Assembly (NCBI GenBank): GCA_963700635.1 | Contig: CAVOYH010000003.1 | Coordinates: 1,632,001 to 1,696,000, forward strand | Reading direction: 5' to 3' | Source: an uncultured Bacteroidota bacterium | GTDB taxonomy: Bacteria > Bacteroidota > Ignavibacteria > UBA10030 > UBA6906 | Length of the DNA: 64,000 bases | Part shown: positions 1 through 12,034 of the stretch, piece after piece | Position numbering within the stretch: position 1 is the stretch's first letter | How the letters are laid out: each line of letters begins with the position of its first letter | Translations under genes and position numbers: made by a program | The notes under the pieces: generated by a model | Seen by the model: only the letters and a program-made list of their open reading frames with translations | Told to the model about the DNA's origin: nothing | The model's database searches: none

Positions 1-829
1 GGAGAGGCCCTTGCGAAGCTGACCGAGGAGGATCCGACGCTGCGCGTCGCCACCAATGAAGAGACCGGCCAGAATATCATCAGCGGGATGGGAGAGCTGC
101 ATCTGGAGATCGTCATTGACCGGATGAGGCGAGAATTCAAGGTTGAGGCCAACATCGGCAGGCCCCAGGTCGCCTACAAGGAGACCATCCGCAAGAAGGT
201 GACCGGCGGAAGGTAAGTTTGTCCGCCAGTCGGGCGGACGCGGTCAGTTCGGCCATGTCTGGATTGAGATCGAGCCCAATGAAAAAGGGAAGGGGTTTCG
301 AGTTCGAGAACGCGATTGTCGGCGGGGTCATCCCGCGCGAGTACATCAGACCGGTCGAGCAGGGGATCACCGAGGCGATGCGCAACGGCGTGCTCGCAGG
401 TTATCCCGGTCGAGGATATCAAGGTGAAAGTTGTACGACGGCTCATTCCACGAGGTGGATTCTTCGGAGATGGCCTTCAAGATCGCCGGCTCGATGGCGT
501 TCAAGGAAGCCGCGCGAAAAGCGGACCCGGTGATTCTTGGAGCCGGTTATGGAAGTGGAGGTGGTGACACCCGAGGAGTACATGGGTGATGTCATGGGCG
601 ACCTCAATTCCCGCCGCGGGCAAGATCGCCGGGATGACCCCGCGCAAGGACGCACAGGTGATCAAGGCGATGGTACCGCTCTCAGAGATGTTCGGTTATT
701 CGACAGTGCTGCGCTCCATGACCCAGGGTCGGGCAATCTACACCATGGAGCTCGTCACATTACGATGAGACGCCACGAAGCGTTTCTGATCAGATCGTCG
801 AGAAGATCAAGGGGAAGAATCTGCCGTAG
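1..829 (+). CDS. fusA: Elongation factor G, C-terminal part (5' truncated, indel-broken)
   Basis: Fragments [53 protein letters not shown] and [21 protein letters not shown] lie in shifting frames. Confidence 0.95.
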
Positions 830-873
830 ACGGCAGTCAACTATTCCCGTTCATCCAGGAGGAGAACACACCA

Positions 874-2087
874 ATGGCAAAAGAGAAATTCACGCGTGAC
901 AAGCCACACGTCAATGTCGGGACGATCGGGCACGTCGATCACGGCAAGACGACGCTGACCGCGGCCATTACGATGGTGCTTGCGAAGAAGGGACTCTCAC
1001 GTCGATCGTACCTTTGACAGTATCGACAACGCTCCTGAAGAGCGCGAGCGCGGTATCACCATTGCGACGGCGCACGTGGAGTACGCCACCGACAAACGTC
1101 ACTATGCGCACGTGGACTGCCCCGGTCATGCCGACTATATCAAGAACATGATCACGGGTGCGGCGCAGATGGACGGTGCCATCCTCGTGGTTGCCGCGAC
1201 CGACGGGCCGATGCCGCAGACGCGCGAGCACATCCTTCTTGCCCGCCAGGTCGGCGTTCCCCGTATCGTGGTCTTCATGAACAAGGTCGACGCGGTGGAT
1301 GATCGCCGAGCTGCTTGATCTTGTGGAGCTTGAGCTGCGCGATCTGCTCAAGAAATACGAATTCCCGGGTGACGAGATCCCGATCATCCGCGGGAGTGCA
1401 CTGAAGGCGATGGAAGCGGCCATCAAACCGGACGTCAAGCGTGACGATCCGGCCTTCAATTGCATCATGGAACTGATGGACGCGGTGGACACCTATTTCC
1501 CGGTGCCCGCAGCGTGATGTGGACAAGCCGTTCCTTATGCCGGTCGAGGACGTGTTCTCGATCACCGGCCGTGGAACGGTGGGCACCGGTCGCGTCGAAC
1601 GCGGTCGTGCAAAGGTCGGCGACGAAGTCGAAGTCATCGGACTCGGTGCCCACATGAAGACCGTCATCACCGGCGCCGAGATGTTCCGCAAGGAGCTGGA
1701 TGAGGTTCAGGCAGGCGACAATGCTGGTCTGCTGCTGCGTGGGGTGGACAAGAAGAGCTGGAACGCGGCATGGTCGTGGCGAAGCCGGGATCCATCACGC
1801 CGCACAAGAAGTTTAATGCACAGGTCTACGTCCTGAAGAAAGAAGAAGGTGGACGACATACGCCGTTCTTCACCGGCTATCGCCCGCAGTTCTACTTCCG
1901 GACAACGGACGTGACGGGTGTGGCAACGCTTCCGTCGGGAACCGAGATGGTGATGCCGGGAGACAACGTCGACGAATCTGCTGATCGAGCTTATCTCCCC
2001 GATCGCCATGGAGGAAGGGCTCCGCTTCGCTATCCGCGAAGGCGGTCATACGGTCGGCGCAGGTGTTGTGACAAAAATTCTGAGTAA
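874..2087 (+). CDS. tuf: Elongation factor Tu (indel-broken)
   Basis: [29 protein letters not shown]; [24 protein letters not shown]; [13 protein letters not shown]; SD AGGAGG upstream. Confidence 0.97.
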
Positions 2088-2124
2088 ATGAATCGGCGAG
2101 CCTGACTTGACCTGGAGTATCCAC

Positions 2125-2433
2125 GTGGCCGGACAAAAAATACGCATCAAGCTGAAGTCGTACGATCACAACCTGATCGACAAGTCTGCGGAAAAGATCA
2201 TCAAGACTGTCAAGTCAACAGGCGCTGTGGTCTCTGGCCCGATTCCGTTACCCACGAAGCGTACGGTCTATACTGTGCTTCGTTCGCCTCATGTTGACAA
2301 GAAGTCGAGAGAGCAATTCGAGACGCGCGCCCACAAGCGGCTGATCGATATTCTGAACTCGACGAACAGGACCGTCGACTCCCTGATGAAGCTGGATCTT
2401 CCCGCGGGCGTCGACGTCGAAATCAAGGTGTAA
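2125..2433 (+). CDS. rpsJ: 30S ribosomal protein S10
   Basis: GTG start; [11 protein letters not shown]...GPIPLPT...[14 protein letters not shown]. Confidence 0.97.
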   Translation: MAGQKIRIKLKSYDHNLIDKSAEKIIKTVKSTGAVVSGPIPLPTKRTVYTVLRSPHVDKKSREQFETRAHKRLIDILNSTNRTVDSLMKLDLPAGVDVEIKV

Positions 2434-2575
2434 CCGGTATCAACGACAACACAGGTGTACGTCCCCCCGGGACGCTCCGCGTCGCCGGGTGCGACGGGAG
2501 AACGACGTGGGAGCGGTGTCCGCTGGTGTGCGCGGGCTCTTGGACGCTAGTGTACATTCATACATGGATGGCAGT

Positions 2576-3212
2576 ATGACAGGACTACTCGGAAAAAAAT
2601 TGGGGATGACCAGCGTCTTCGATGAGGCCGGTCAGGTCATTCCCTGCACGGTGATCGAGGCCGGACCCTGTTTCGTCACGCAGATCAAGACAAAAGAGCG
2701 TGACGGGTACGAGGCGGTCCAGCTCGGGTTCGAGGAGAAGACGCGAACGGCTGTGTCACCAAGCCGCTGCGGGGTCACTTCGCGAAAGCCGACGTGAAAC
2801 CCATGCGCGTCGTCCGGGAATTCCGCGGAGAATGGCGATCGGAAGTGCAGCCCGGACAGGAAATCCGCGTCGACAGCGTGTTCGCCAAGGGCGAGGTCGT
2901 CAAGGTGGTCGGCACCTCGAAAGGACAGGGCTTTCAGGGTGTGGTCAAGCGCCACCACTTCGGCGGCGGGTTCCGAACCCATGGCCAGAGCGACCGGAGC
3001 GGGCGCCCGGGTTCGATCGGGTCCTCCTCGTACCCCTCCCGCGTCTTCAAAGGGCCAACGGATGGCGGGACGAATGGGTGGCGAGCGGTGACCGTCAGGA
3101 ATCTGATGGTCGTGGGGATGATCGCCGACTCGAATCTTCTCCTGGTGAAAGGATCCGTTCCCGGCGCGATCAACGGCGTCGTGGAAATCCACAAGCTCAC
3201 GACCCACAGTAA
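2576..3212 (+). CDS. rplC: 50S ribosomal protein L3 (indel-broken)
   Basis: [12 protein letters not shown]...[10 protein letters not shown]; [15 protein letters not shown]; LLVKGSVPG; end approximate. Confidence 0.93.
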
Positions 3213-3232
3213 CGATGAACGAGATAGCGGCA

Positions 3233-3867
3233 ATGGAACTTGACGTCTATCAGAAAGACGGCACCAAGAGCGGCGAAACCGTGAAGCTCTCCGATGAGAT
3301 ATTCGGCATCGAGCCAAATGAGCACGCCATGTACCTGGCCGTCCGGACGTATCGGACAACCAGCGGCAGGGAACCCATAAGGTCAAGACCCGCGGAAGAG
3401 GTCCGCGGCGGCGGGAAGAAACCGTTCCGCAGAAGCACACCGGGATGGCCCGGCAGGGGACCTCGACGCTCGGATTGATGGCAGGCGGTGGCTCGATCTT
3501 CGGTCCGCAACCGCGCGATTATTCACTGCGGACTGCCTGCAGGGATGCGGAGGCTCGCCCGTAGGTCGGCCCTCTCGTTGAAGGCGCGCGAAGGACAGAT
3601 TCGGATCGTGGAGGACTTCTCACTGGAAGGACCCCAGACGCAGAGAGATGGTAGGCCTGCTGAAGGCCATTGATCTGCATCGAAAACAAGACCCTGCTGC
3701 TTCTGCCGAAGAGCGATGCACACAGTGTCGTGCCGGCGCGGCAGAATCCCCGGCCTGCAGATCTGAGCAGGCGGACAAAGCGTCGACGTATGATCTTCGT
3801 CAACAACCGGTGCTGCTCATACAGAAGAGCGCCGCTGGAAGTTCTTCAGAATACGTTCAAGAACTAA
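3233..3867 (+). CDS. rplD: 50S ribosomal protein L4 (indel-broken)
   Basis: [32 protein letters not shown]; [10 protein letters not shown]; [10 protein letters not shown]; operon position. Confidence 0.92.
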
Positions 3868-3882
3868 CCGAGCGAAGCGACC

Positions 3883-4178
3883 ATGACAGGCATTCTGAAA
3901 CGACCCATTGTCACGGAAAAGATGACGACGCTGCAGGAAAAGGGACAATACGCCTTTGAGGTGGCTACCTCGGCGAACAAGATCTCGATCGCTCGTGCCG
4001 TGGAGAAGAAGTTCAACGTGACGGTGCTTGACGTGTTCGCACCATCCGGTACAAGGGTAAACAGAAATCGCAGATGACGCGGCGCGGTCGGTTCGCCGGG
4101 CGCGACCGCAGGCTGGAAGAAGGCGATCGTCACGCCTGAAAGAAGGGCGACAAGATCGAGTTCTTCCAGAACGTCTGA
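3883..4178 (+). CDS. rplW: 50S ribosomal protein L23 (indel-broken)
   Basis: [10 protein letters not shown]...[11 protein letters not shown]; WKKAIVT. Confidence 0.92.
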
Positions 4179-4204
4179 TCGTCAATGGAGATAGGAGTAG
4201 CATC

Positions 4205-5033
4205 ATGGCCATACGGAAGATGAAGCCGATGACACCGGGGACGCGCTGGATGTCGTGTCCGCATTTCACCGAGATCACCAAGACCAAGCCGGAAAAGAGT
4301 CTTATCGAGCCGCTGAAGAAGTCGGGCGGACGGAACAACACCGGCCGGATCACGTCGCGCCATCGTGGCGGCGGGCACAAGCGGTTCTACCGCATCATTG
4401 ATTTCAAGCGGGACAAGGTCGGGATGGATGCAAGCGTGAGCGCTATCGAGTATGATCCGAATCGTTCGGCGCGCATCGCCCTGTTGCAGTATGCCGACGG
4501 GGAACGTCGTTACATCATTGCCCCGGACGGGGTCAGCGTCGGCGACGTCCTTCGCTCGGGGCCGGATGCGGAAATCAAGGTCCGGCAACGCGATGCCGCT
4601 GGCGAATATTCCGGCAGGCACGTTTGTCCACAATATGGAATTGCGGCCCGGCAAAGGTGCGCAGATCGCACGCAGTGCGGGCAGGGTCGATCCAGTTGAT
4701 GGCCAAGGAAGGTAAGTTCGCCCAGCTGACGCTGCCCTCGGGGGAGGTCCGCAACATTCGATGGAGTGCTGGCAACGATCGGTTCAGTGGGCAATGCGGA
4801 CCATGAGAACATCAGCGTTGGGAAAGCCGGCCGGTCACGCTGGCTGGGTATCCGTCCGCAGTCGCGCGGTGTCGTCCAGAATCCGGTCGACCATCCGCAT
4901 GGCGGGGGCGAGGGGAAATCGCCGCAGGGGAATCCGCATCCGGTGTCGCCCTGGGGATGGCATACCAAGGGAAAGAAGACGCGGAAACCGAAAAAGGCGT
5001 CCAGTAAAGTTCATCGTGAAACGAAGAAAGTAA
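4205..5033 (+). CDS. rplB: 50S ribosomal protein L2 (indel-broken)
   Basis: [20 protein letters not shown]; [13 protein letters not shown]; [12 protein letters not shown]. Confidence 0.96.
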
Positions 5034-5038
5034 GCGCT

Positions 5039-5339
5039 ATGGGTCGTTCGCTCAAAAAGGGACCGTTCGTCAGGCCCGTCTGCTGGAGAAGGTGGCGGCA
5101 TGCTGAACAAAGCGAACCAGAAGAAGGTTGTCAAGACCTGGTCGCGTGCGTCCACGATCACACCGGACTTCGTCGGGCACACGTTTGCTGTCCACAACGG
5201 CAACAAGTTTATTCCGGTCTACGTCCATGAAGGGATGGTGGGGCACAAGCTGGGTGAGTTTGCACCCACGCGGTTGTTCCGCGGTCATCCCGGCGTCAGG
5301 AAAGAGGAATCCAGTGGCACGCTAAGGAGCGTGGGTTGA
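5039..5339 (+). CDS. rpsS: 30S ribosomal protein S19 (indel-broken)
   Basis: [11 protein letters not shown]; [23 protein letters not shown]...[11 protein letters not shown]; end approximate. Confidence 0.95.
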
Positions 5340-5351
5340 TGAGGAGAATCG

Positions 5352-5786
5352 ATGGAAGCTCAAGCAATCAATCGCTATGTGGGAACTTCGCCGCGCAAGA
5401 TGCGGCTGGTCATCGATCTGATCCGAGGCAAGTCGGTTGACGAGGCGCTGCACATTCTGCACTTTTCGCCCAAGCATGCCTCGGAAGTTGCCGAGAAGGT
5501 GCTTCGGTCGGCGGTGTCCAATCTCCAGAACAAGGACCAGGCGGGCCGGATCGATACTTCCCAGATGGTCGTGAAGGAGGCCTTCGTCGACGTATCGGTG
5601 ACGATGAAGCGCATGCTCCCCGCCCCCATGGGACGAGCATTCCGCCTCCGGAAACGATCGAACCATGTGACGATCGTCGTGGCGGCCAAAGAGGACGCCA
5701 CAGCAGGCCGAACTGGCGGCGAGGCGCCCAAAGAGCGCAAAGTGCGCGCTCCGAGGAAAGCCCAGCGCGCAGCACAATCGAAGTAG
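5352..5786 (+). CDS. rplV: 50S ribosomal protein L22 with basic C-terminal extension
   Basis: [15 protein letters not shown]...[21 protein letters not shown]. Confidence 0.96.
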   Translation: MEAQAINRYVGTSPRKMRLVIDLIRGKSVDEALHILHFSPKHASEVAEKVLRSAVSNLQNKDQAGRIDTSQMVVKEAFVDVSVTMKRMLPAPMGRAFRLRKRSNHVTIVVAAKEDATAGRTGGEAPKERKVRAPRKAQRAAQSK

Positions 5787-5794
5787 GAGGACTC

Positions 5795-6460
5795 TTGGGA
5801 CAGAAAACCCATCCAATCGGATTGCGGCTCGGGATCATCCGGTCCTGGGATTCCAATTGGTACGACGAGAAGACCTTTGCGACAAAGCTGTCCGAAGATC
5901 TCGACCATCCGCAACTACGTGCGCAACCGGCTGAAAAAAGCGGGGATCTCAAGAATTCAGATCGACCGAACGCCGAAGCGGGCAGTGATCACGATCCATA
6001 CCTCGCGTCCTGGTATCGTCATCGGCAGGAGCGGCAAGGAGATCACGCAGCTGGAAGAAGAGCTGAAGAACATTACAGCCAAGGAAGTCAAGATCCTCAT
6101 CAATGAAATCAAGCGGCCGGAGCTGGATTCGTACCTGGTTGCCGAGAACATCGCACAGCAGCTTGGAGGGCCGCATCGCCTTTCGACGCGCGATGAAGAA
6201 TGCCATCACCGCCTCTATGCGGATGGGCGCCGAAGGGGTGCGCGTTATGACTGCAGGCCGTCTCGGCGGATGCGGAGATGTCCCGCACGGAGCAGTACAA
6301 GGAAGGGCGCATTCCGCTGCACACGCTTCGCGCGGATATCGACTATGCAACGGCCACGGCAAGGACGGTCTACGGCGCCATCGGGGTCAAAGTGTGGATT
6401 TGTAAGGGTGAGGTGCTCGACGCGCAGCAAGGCATGCAGCCGGCATCCCCCCGCCGCTGA
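5795..6460 (+). CDS. rpsC: 30S ribosomal protein S3 (indel-broken)
   Basis: TTG start; [13 protein letters not shown]; [10 protein letters not shown]; [14 protein letters not shown]. Confidence 0.95.
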
Positions 6461-6490
6461 TAGGACACCGGAGCCTGAGGAGACGCACCT

Positions 6491-6916
6491 ATGCTGATGC
6501 CAAAGAGAGTCAAGTACCGGAAAGCCCAGCGCGGCCGCATGCGGGGGAAGGCCGTCCGCGGCTCGACAATCGCCTTCGGCGATTTCGGGTTGAAGGCGAC
6601 TGAACCCGGCTGGATTACCCAGCGCCAAATTGAAGCGGCACGCGTGACGCTGACCCGCATGATGAAGCGTGAAGGGAAGAATCTGGATCCGCATCTTCCC
6701 CGACAAGCCGGTTACCAAGAAACCGGCCGAGACCCGCATGGGCAAGGGCAAGGGCGCGCCGGAGTACTGGGTTGCCGTCGTCAAGCCCGGGCCGCATCAT
6801 GTTCGAGGTAGGCGGGACGACGTCGAACCGTTGCCATGGAGGCGCTCACGCTGGCGGGGCACAAGCTGCCGATCAAGACCAGGGTGAGCATCCGGCCGGA
6901 CTACCACAGTGCGTAG
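6491..6916 (+). CDS. rplP: 50S ribosomal protein L16 (indel-broken)
   Basis: [11 protein letters not shown]; [25 protein letters not shown]. Confidence 0.95.
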
Positions 6917-6929
6917 ACAGGGAAACTGT

Positions 6930-7133
6930 ATGAAGAGCGACCGAGCTTCGAACCATGTCCGTTGATGAGCTGAAGAAGCGTTTGGCTGAGGAAGAGGAAA
7001 GCCTCGCGAACCTTCAGTTTCAGCATGTCGACGAGTCAGCTGGAGAGTCCGATTCGCGTACGGTTCGTCCGCCGCGACATCGCACGGATCAAAACCTTAC
7101 TCCACGAGAAGGAGCGCGCAGCGACGATCATGA
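6930..7133 (+). CDS. rpmC: 50S ribosomal protein L29 (indel-broken)
   Basis: [10 protein letters not shown]...[23 protein letters not shown]; position after rplP. Confidence 0.88.
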
Positions 7134-7414
7134 GCGACGAGGAAAGAAGTCTGCGCAGGCGACGAACCCGGCGCAAGACACGGACCGGAAAGGGTTGTCA
7201 GCAGCAAGATGCAGAAGAGCATTCTGGTGGCCATCGAGACGGACGGGTCCCGCACCCGCTGTACAAGAAGTATTTCAAACGCACCACAAAGCTGATGGCG
7301 CACGACGAGAAGAGCGAGGCGGGTGTTGGGGATCTCGTCCGCATCATGGAATCGCGTCCGCTGAGCGCACGCAAGCGCTGGCGGTTGGTCGAGGTTGTGG
7401 AGAAGGCCAAGTAG
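7130..7414 (+). CDS. rpsQ: 30S ribosomal protein S17
   Basis: [19 protein letters not shown]...[23 protein letters not shown]; ATGA overlap with rpmC. Confidence 0.93.
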   Translation: MSDEERSLRRRRTRRKTRTGKGCQQQDAEEHSGGHRDGRVPHPLYKKYFKRTTKLMAHDEKSEAGVGDLVRIMESRPLSARKRWRLVEVVEKAK

Positions 7415-7436
7415 GCAATCGTTCACGGAGTGGATC

Positions 7437-7809
7437 ATGATTCAGGAAGAGACGAATCTGGTGGTGGCCGACAACTCCGGCGCCAAGACGCGTGCGCTGC
7501 ATCCGCGTCCTCGGCGGCTCTGACCGCCGGTATGCGAGCTGGGTGACATCAGGTCGTCGTGGCGGTCAAGGCCGCAATTCCCGGGGCGGCCGTGAAGAAG
7601 GGTGATGTGGCCAAGGCCGTGATTGTGCGCACCAAGAAGGAAATCCGCCGCAAGGACGGGTCCTTCATCCGGTTCGATGAGAATGCTGCGGTGCTGATTA
7701 CCGATGTCAGGGCGAACCACGCGGGAGCCGAATCTTCGGCCCTGTGGCGAGGGAGCTGCGGGAGCGTCAGTACATGAAGATTGTATCTCTGGCTCCAGAA
7801 GTGTTCTAG
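7437..7809 (+). CDS. rplN: 50S ribosomal protein L14 (indel-broken)
   Basis: [17 protein letters not shown]; [26 protein letters not shown]; KIVSLAPEV. Confidence 0.95.
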
Positions 7810-7820
7810 GAGAGAGGCGC

Positions 7821-8145
7821 ATGAGAATTCGAAAGAACGACATGGTCATGGTGATCTCCGGGAATGCCCGGGGGAAGACAGGCAAGGTCCTGAAAGTGTA
7901 TCCCGAGCGCGACCGCGTGATCGTCGAAGGGGTCAATATCATCAAGCGGCACACCCGTCCCAATCAGAAGAACCCGCAGGGGGGCATCGTGCAGCGGGAG
8001 GGAACGATCCATGTGTCCAACGTGATGCTCCTGGACCCCAAGACCAACGAAGTCACCCGCGTGGGGTCGAAGGTCACCAAGGATGAGACCACCGGCAAGA
8101 AGCGGCCGCATGCGCGTGGCGAAGGCAACGGGAGAGATGTTCTGA
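7821..8145 (+). CDS. rplX: 50S ribosomal protein L24
   Basis: [14 protein letters not shown]...[12 protein letters not shown]...IHVSNVML. Confidence 0.95.
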
Positions 8146-8856
8146 GTGGATGAACGAGCAACCACAGAAACCGAAAAAGGTATGAAGGCGACCAAGACCG
8201 AAAAAGCGCCAAAAGGGAGAGAAGGCCGTCAAGGGAAGAGGCCAAGAAGGCCCCGCGGCAGCTCGCCTGAGGAACGCGTCCGGTGCCGGCTTACACGAGC
8301 GCTACGCGCCAGGATGTCATCCCCGGCCCTGATGAAGCGCTTCAAGTACCGGAGCGTGATGCAGGTCCCCGACTGGACAAGATCGCCATCAATATCGGCG
8401 TCGGGCAGGGGACGCAGGATCCAAAGCTCGTGGAAGTCGCGGCGAAGGATCTGAAGCCATCGTCGGTCAGAAGGTGGTCATCACCCGGGCCAAGAAGTCG
8501 ATCTCCAACTTCAAGCTCCGCGAGAAGATGCCGATCGGTTGCCGCGTGACGCTGCGCCGCGACACAGATGTATGAGTTCCTGGACCGGTTCATCTCCGTG
8601 TCGGTTCCCCGTATCCGCGACTTCCGAGGGCTCTCGGACAAGTCGTTCGACGGCCACGGGAACTACACCGTCGGGATCAAGGAACATACGATCTTTCCCG
8701 AAATCGATGTCGACAAGATCGACACGCATGTTCGGGATGGACATTACGTTCGTGACCACGGCCGAGAGCGGACGAGGAAGCATACGAACTGCTGAAGGCG
8801 TTCGGCATGCCGTTTGTGAAACGCGAGGAAGTTCATCGAGAACACCAAAGGCGTAA
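8146..8856 (+). CDS. rplE: 50S ribosomal protein L5 with N-terminal extension (indel-broken)
   Basis: [11 protein letters not shown]; [36 protein letters not shown]; [10 protein letters not shown]. Confidence 0.93.
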
Positions 8857-8878
8857 TTGACCAGGAGTCGACACACGT

Positions 8879-9148
8879 ATGGCGAAGACAAGTTCAAAGC
8901 CCGTCAGAAGAGACGCGAGCGCATGGTGGCCAGAAGTATGCCGCCTGCGCAAGGAGCTGAGGAAAAGGGAGACTATGTCGCGCTGCAGCAGCTGCCGCGC
9001 AATAGCAGTCCGACACGTCTGCACAGTCGGTGCGCGATCTCCGGACGACCGCGCGGGTACCTGCGCAAGTTTGGCATCTCCCGCATCGCCTTTCGGGATC
9101 TGGCCCTCGATGGCAAGATCCCCGGCGTCACGCAAGGCGAGCTGGTAA
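8879..9148 (+). CDS. rpsN: 30S ribosomal protein S14, long non-zinc type (indel-broken)
   Basis: [38 protein letters not shown]; ends KASW. Confidence 0.93.
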   Translation: MAKTSSKPVRRDASAWWPEVCRLRKELRKRETMSRCSSCRAIAVRHVCTVGARSPDDRAGTCASLASPASPFGIWPSMARSPASRKASW

Positions 9149-9193
9149 GAAGGGACGAACAACCTTCATCGCGTGAGACGCAGGAGATGTACC

Positions 9194-9593
9194 ATGACAA
9201 TGACCGACCCCGATTGCCGACTATCTGACACGGTACGCAACGCCCTCCAGCGCGAGGCACAAACGCGTGGACATGCCCGGCATCGAATCTGAAGCGTGAG
9301 CTGACGAAAGCGTTGCTGGCGACCAAGAATTACGTCGCAGGCTTCACGGAGTTCAAGGAATCGGCCCAGGGCGTGATCCGCATCCAGCTGAAGTACCACG
9401 ACGCCCGCCGGTGATTGCCGGACTGAAGCGCGTCAGCAGGCCGGGACTCCGGAACTATTCGTCGGATCCGGGGCAAGTTCCGCGCGTGTTGGGCGGCCTC
9501 GGAATCGCGTCGTCTCCACCTCCCGGGGTTTGATGACCGACGGCAGGCCCGGCAGCCCAAGTCGGTGGCGAAGTGCTCTGCGAGATCTGGTAA
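9194..9593 (+). CDS. rpsH: 30S ribosomal protein S8 (heavily indel-broken)
   Basis: [24 protein letters not shown] and GGEVLCEIW fragments; operon position. Confidence 0.88.
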
Positions 9594-9611
9594 GGAAGGA
9601 GAGACTCACAC

Positions 9612-10176
9612 GTGTCACGAGTTGGAAAGAAGCCCATCGAAGTCGCCTCGGGAGTCTCGGTCAGACTGCACCGAGCATCAACAGGTCACGGTGACGGGCC
9701 CCAAAGGGCGAGCTCTCGGCGCTAGGTCCACCGCCATCACTGTGCAGATGAAGTGACTCGACGGTCCAGGTTCTGGCGAACCGGCCCATGATCAGAAGGA
9801 GCACCGGGCGCTCCACGGTCTCTGGCGGGCACTGCTCCAGAACATGATGCAGCGGTGTCACCGACGGGATACAACGGAAGCTCGAACTCGTAGGCGTCGG
9901 CTACCGTGCGGAGTTGAAGGGGTAAAGCACTCCAGCTCCTTCTCGGGTACTCGCATCCGATTCTTTTCAAACCGCCCTCAGGGATCAAGATTGAAGCACC
10001 CACCCAGACGAGCGATCGTCGATCAGCGGAATCGACAAACAGCTGGTGGGGCAGGTGGCGGCCAAGATCCGGTCCTTCCGGCCCCCCGAACCGTACAAGG
10101 GGAAAGGTGTCAAGTACGAAGGCGAGTACATCCGCCGCAAGGCCGGCAAGGCCGCAGCCAGGTGGCGAAGACATAA
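9612..10176 (+). CDS. rplF: 50S ribosomal protein L6 (heavily indel-broken)
   Basis: [45 protein letters not shown]. Confidence 0.9.
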
Positions 10177-10189
10177 GGAGTGATGGCAT

Positions 10190-10568
10190 ATGATACGATC
10201 AACCAAGAAAGGTTTGAAGCGCAAGCGACTCAAGCGGCATATCCGCCTGACGATCTCCGGTACCTCCGAGCGACCCCGGCTGACGGTGTTTCGAAGCCTC
10301 ACGGCACCTCTACACGCAGATCATCGACGACTCGACGGCGGACGACGCTCGTGGCGGCCTCCGATCTCGTCAAGGACGTTGCAAGGAGGAGTTTCAAGGC
10401 GCCGGGAACCAGAGAGAGCTCGGGAAAAAGCTTGGAGCTCGCTGACGGCCACGCCTGGCGAAGGAAAAGAATATCACGCAGGTGGTCTTCGACCGAAATG
10501 GGTATCTCTATCACGGCGTCGTCAAGGCCGTCGCGGACGGGGCCCGCGAGGGAGGACTCAAGTTCTGA
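10190..10568 (+). CDS. rplR: 50S ribosomal protein L18 (indel-broken)
   Basis: [20 protein letters not shown]; [28 protein letters not shown]. Confidence 0.93.
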
Positions 10569-10610
10569 GCCGGTCTGACCCGCAGCGTTCGAACGGGACT
10601 CTTTCCGATG

Positions 10611-10681
10611 TGTCGGGTCGTCTAATGGCAGGACAGCGGCCTTTGGAGCCGTGAGTAGAGGTTCGAATCCTCTCCCGACAG
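10611..10681 (+). tRNA. tRNA-Gln (anticodon TTG); CCA end not encoded
   Basis: Cloverleaf: acceptor TGTCGGG/CCCGACA (U1-A72), D arm GTC-TAATGGCAG-GAC, anticodon arm GCGGC-CTTTGGA-GCCGT, T arm AGAGG-TTCGAAT-CCTCT. Confidence 0.95.
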
Positions 10682-10732
10682 CAAAGCCGACGCAGAGTCG
10701 AATACCAGAACGATGACAACAGAGGACACATC

Positions 10733-11293
10733 GTGGCACGAATAAAGGCAAGTGAGCTCGAGCTCAAAGACAAGCTGGTCCACATCAATCGCGTCGCCAA
10801 GGTGGTCAAGGGCGGCCGGCGCTTCAGCTTCAATGCGATCGTTGTCGTGGGCGACGGCAAGGGTCACGTCGGCGTCGGCCTTGGCAAGGCCAATGAAGTA
10901 GCCGATGCGATCTCCAAGGGCGTCGACGACGCGAAGAAGAATGTCGTTCGAGATCCCTCTGATCGAGGGGACCATTCCCCAGCCTGTCATTGGGAAGTTC
11001 GGCGCGGGCGGGTGATGTTGAAGCCGGCCTCACCCGGCACGGGGCTGATTGCCGGCGGTGGGGTTCGGGCTGTCCTGGAGTCTGCCGGGGTTCGAGACGT
11101 GCTGACGAAATCGATCGGCTCATCAAATCCCGCACAACGTGGTGAAGGCCACGATGGCGGCATTGCTGAAGCTAGTCAGCGCCCGAAGCGTTGCTCAGAG
11201 GCGCGGGATGAGCCTTGGCGAGGCGTTCGGGCCGAAGCCTCCGGCTCCCGCAGCCACGGAGACTCTAACCCCGTAACGGCGGGACCACTCTAG
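10733..11293 (+). CDS. rpsE: 30S ribosomal protein S5 (3' end uncertain)
   Basis: [32 protein letters not shown]; [15 protein letters not shown]. Confidence 0.93.
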   Translation: MARIKASELELKDKLVHINRVAKVVKGGRRFSFNAIVVVGDGKGHVGVGLGKANEVADAISKGVDDAKKNVVRDPSDRGDHSPACHWEVRRGRVMLKPASPGTGLIAGGGVRAVLESAGVRDVLTKSIGSSNPAQRGEGHDGGIAEASQRPKRCSEARDEPWRGVRAEASGSRSHGDSNPVTAGPL

Positions 11294-11337
11294 CAGCCAC
11301 TCGAGCAGCTCGATGTGAGGTGGCAAGGAATAATGAT

Positions 11338-11524
11338 ATGGCAAAGCAGTTGAAGATTACACAGATACGCGAAGCGTCATCGATCGCCTGGAGGCCACAG
11401 AAGCGCACCATCAAGGCACTTGGCCTTGGCAGGCCGAACTACGCGTCGTCAAGGACGACACCCCTCAGATTCGCGGGATGATCCGCAGGGTGGTGCACCT
11501 GGTGAAACGTTGAAGGAAGGCTGA
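11338..11524 (+). CDS. rpmD: 50S ribosomal protein L30 (indel-broken)
   Basis: MAKQLKITQIR; QKRTIKALGL; DTPQIRGMIRRVVHLV. Confidence 0.88.
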
Positions 11525-11545
11525 ATCTCAGGAAAGAGTGGCAAC

Positions 11546-12034
11546 ATGGCACGGATATCCTCAGCAACACTGAATCCGGCCCCGGGCTCCACGCGCAAGC
11601 GCAAACGGATCGGTCGCGGCCAGGGCTCCGGTCACGGCGGAACCTCCACACGCGGCCACAAGGGTGCCGGTGTCGCGGTCGGAACGACCTATAGCCCGCC
11701 GTTTGAAGGCGGCCAGATGCCGTCTGGTGCGCCGAGTTCCCAAGCGAGGATTTCACAGTCCATTCCGGGTCACGGTCTATGAGGTCGTCAACCTGTCGAA
11801 CGCCTCGAGAAGCTCGCGGCCGCCGGAAAACTCCAGGACGGCGTCGTCACCCCCGAGGTGCTTGCCCGACTGGGGTGACTCAAGACCGAAAGCGCCCGTC
11901 AAGGTGCTCGGCACCGGGGACGCTCACGGCGCAAGCTGATGGTGTCCGCCCATGCATTCAGCAAATCCGCCGTGGAGAAAGATCGAGACCGCCGGCGGCA
12001 AGGCCCAAACTGTCAGCGCAATCGCAACGACTAA
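11546..12034 (+). CDS. rplO: 50S ribosomal protein L15 (indel-broken)
   Basis: [32 protein letters not shown]; FEGGQMP; VKVLGTG. Confidence 0.93.

Noticed and set aside
7025-7414. Apparent L29-S17 fusion ORF
   Set aside because: An ATGA overlap at 7130-7133 and neighbouring indels explain it as an artefact.
10611-10732. tRNA as an integration site for a mobile element
   Set aside because: No integrase and no duplicated tRNA 3' end seen in the window; rpsE follows directly.
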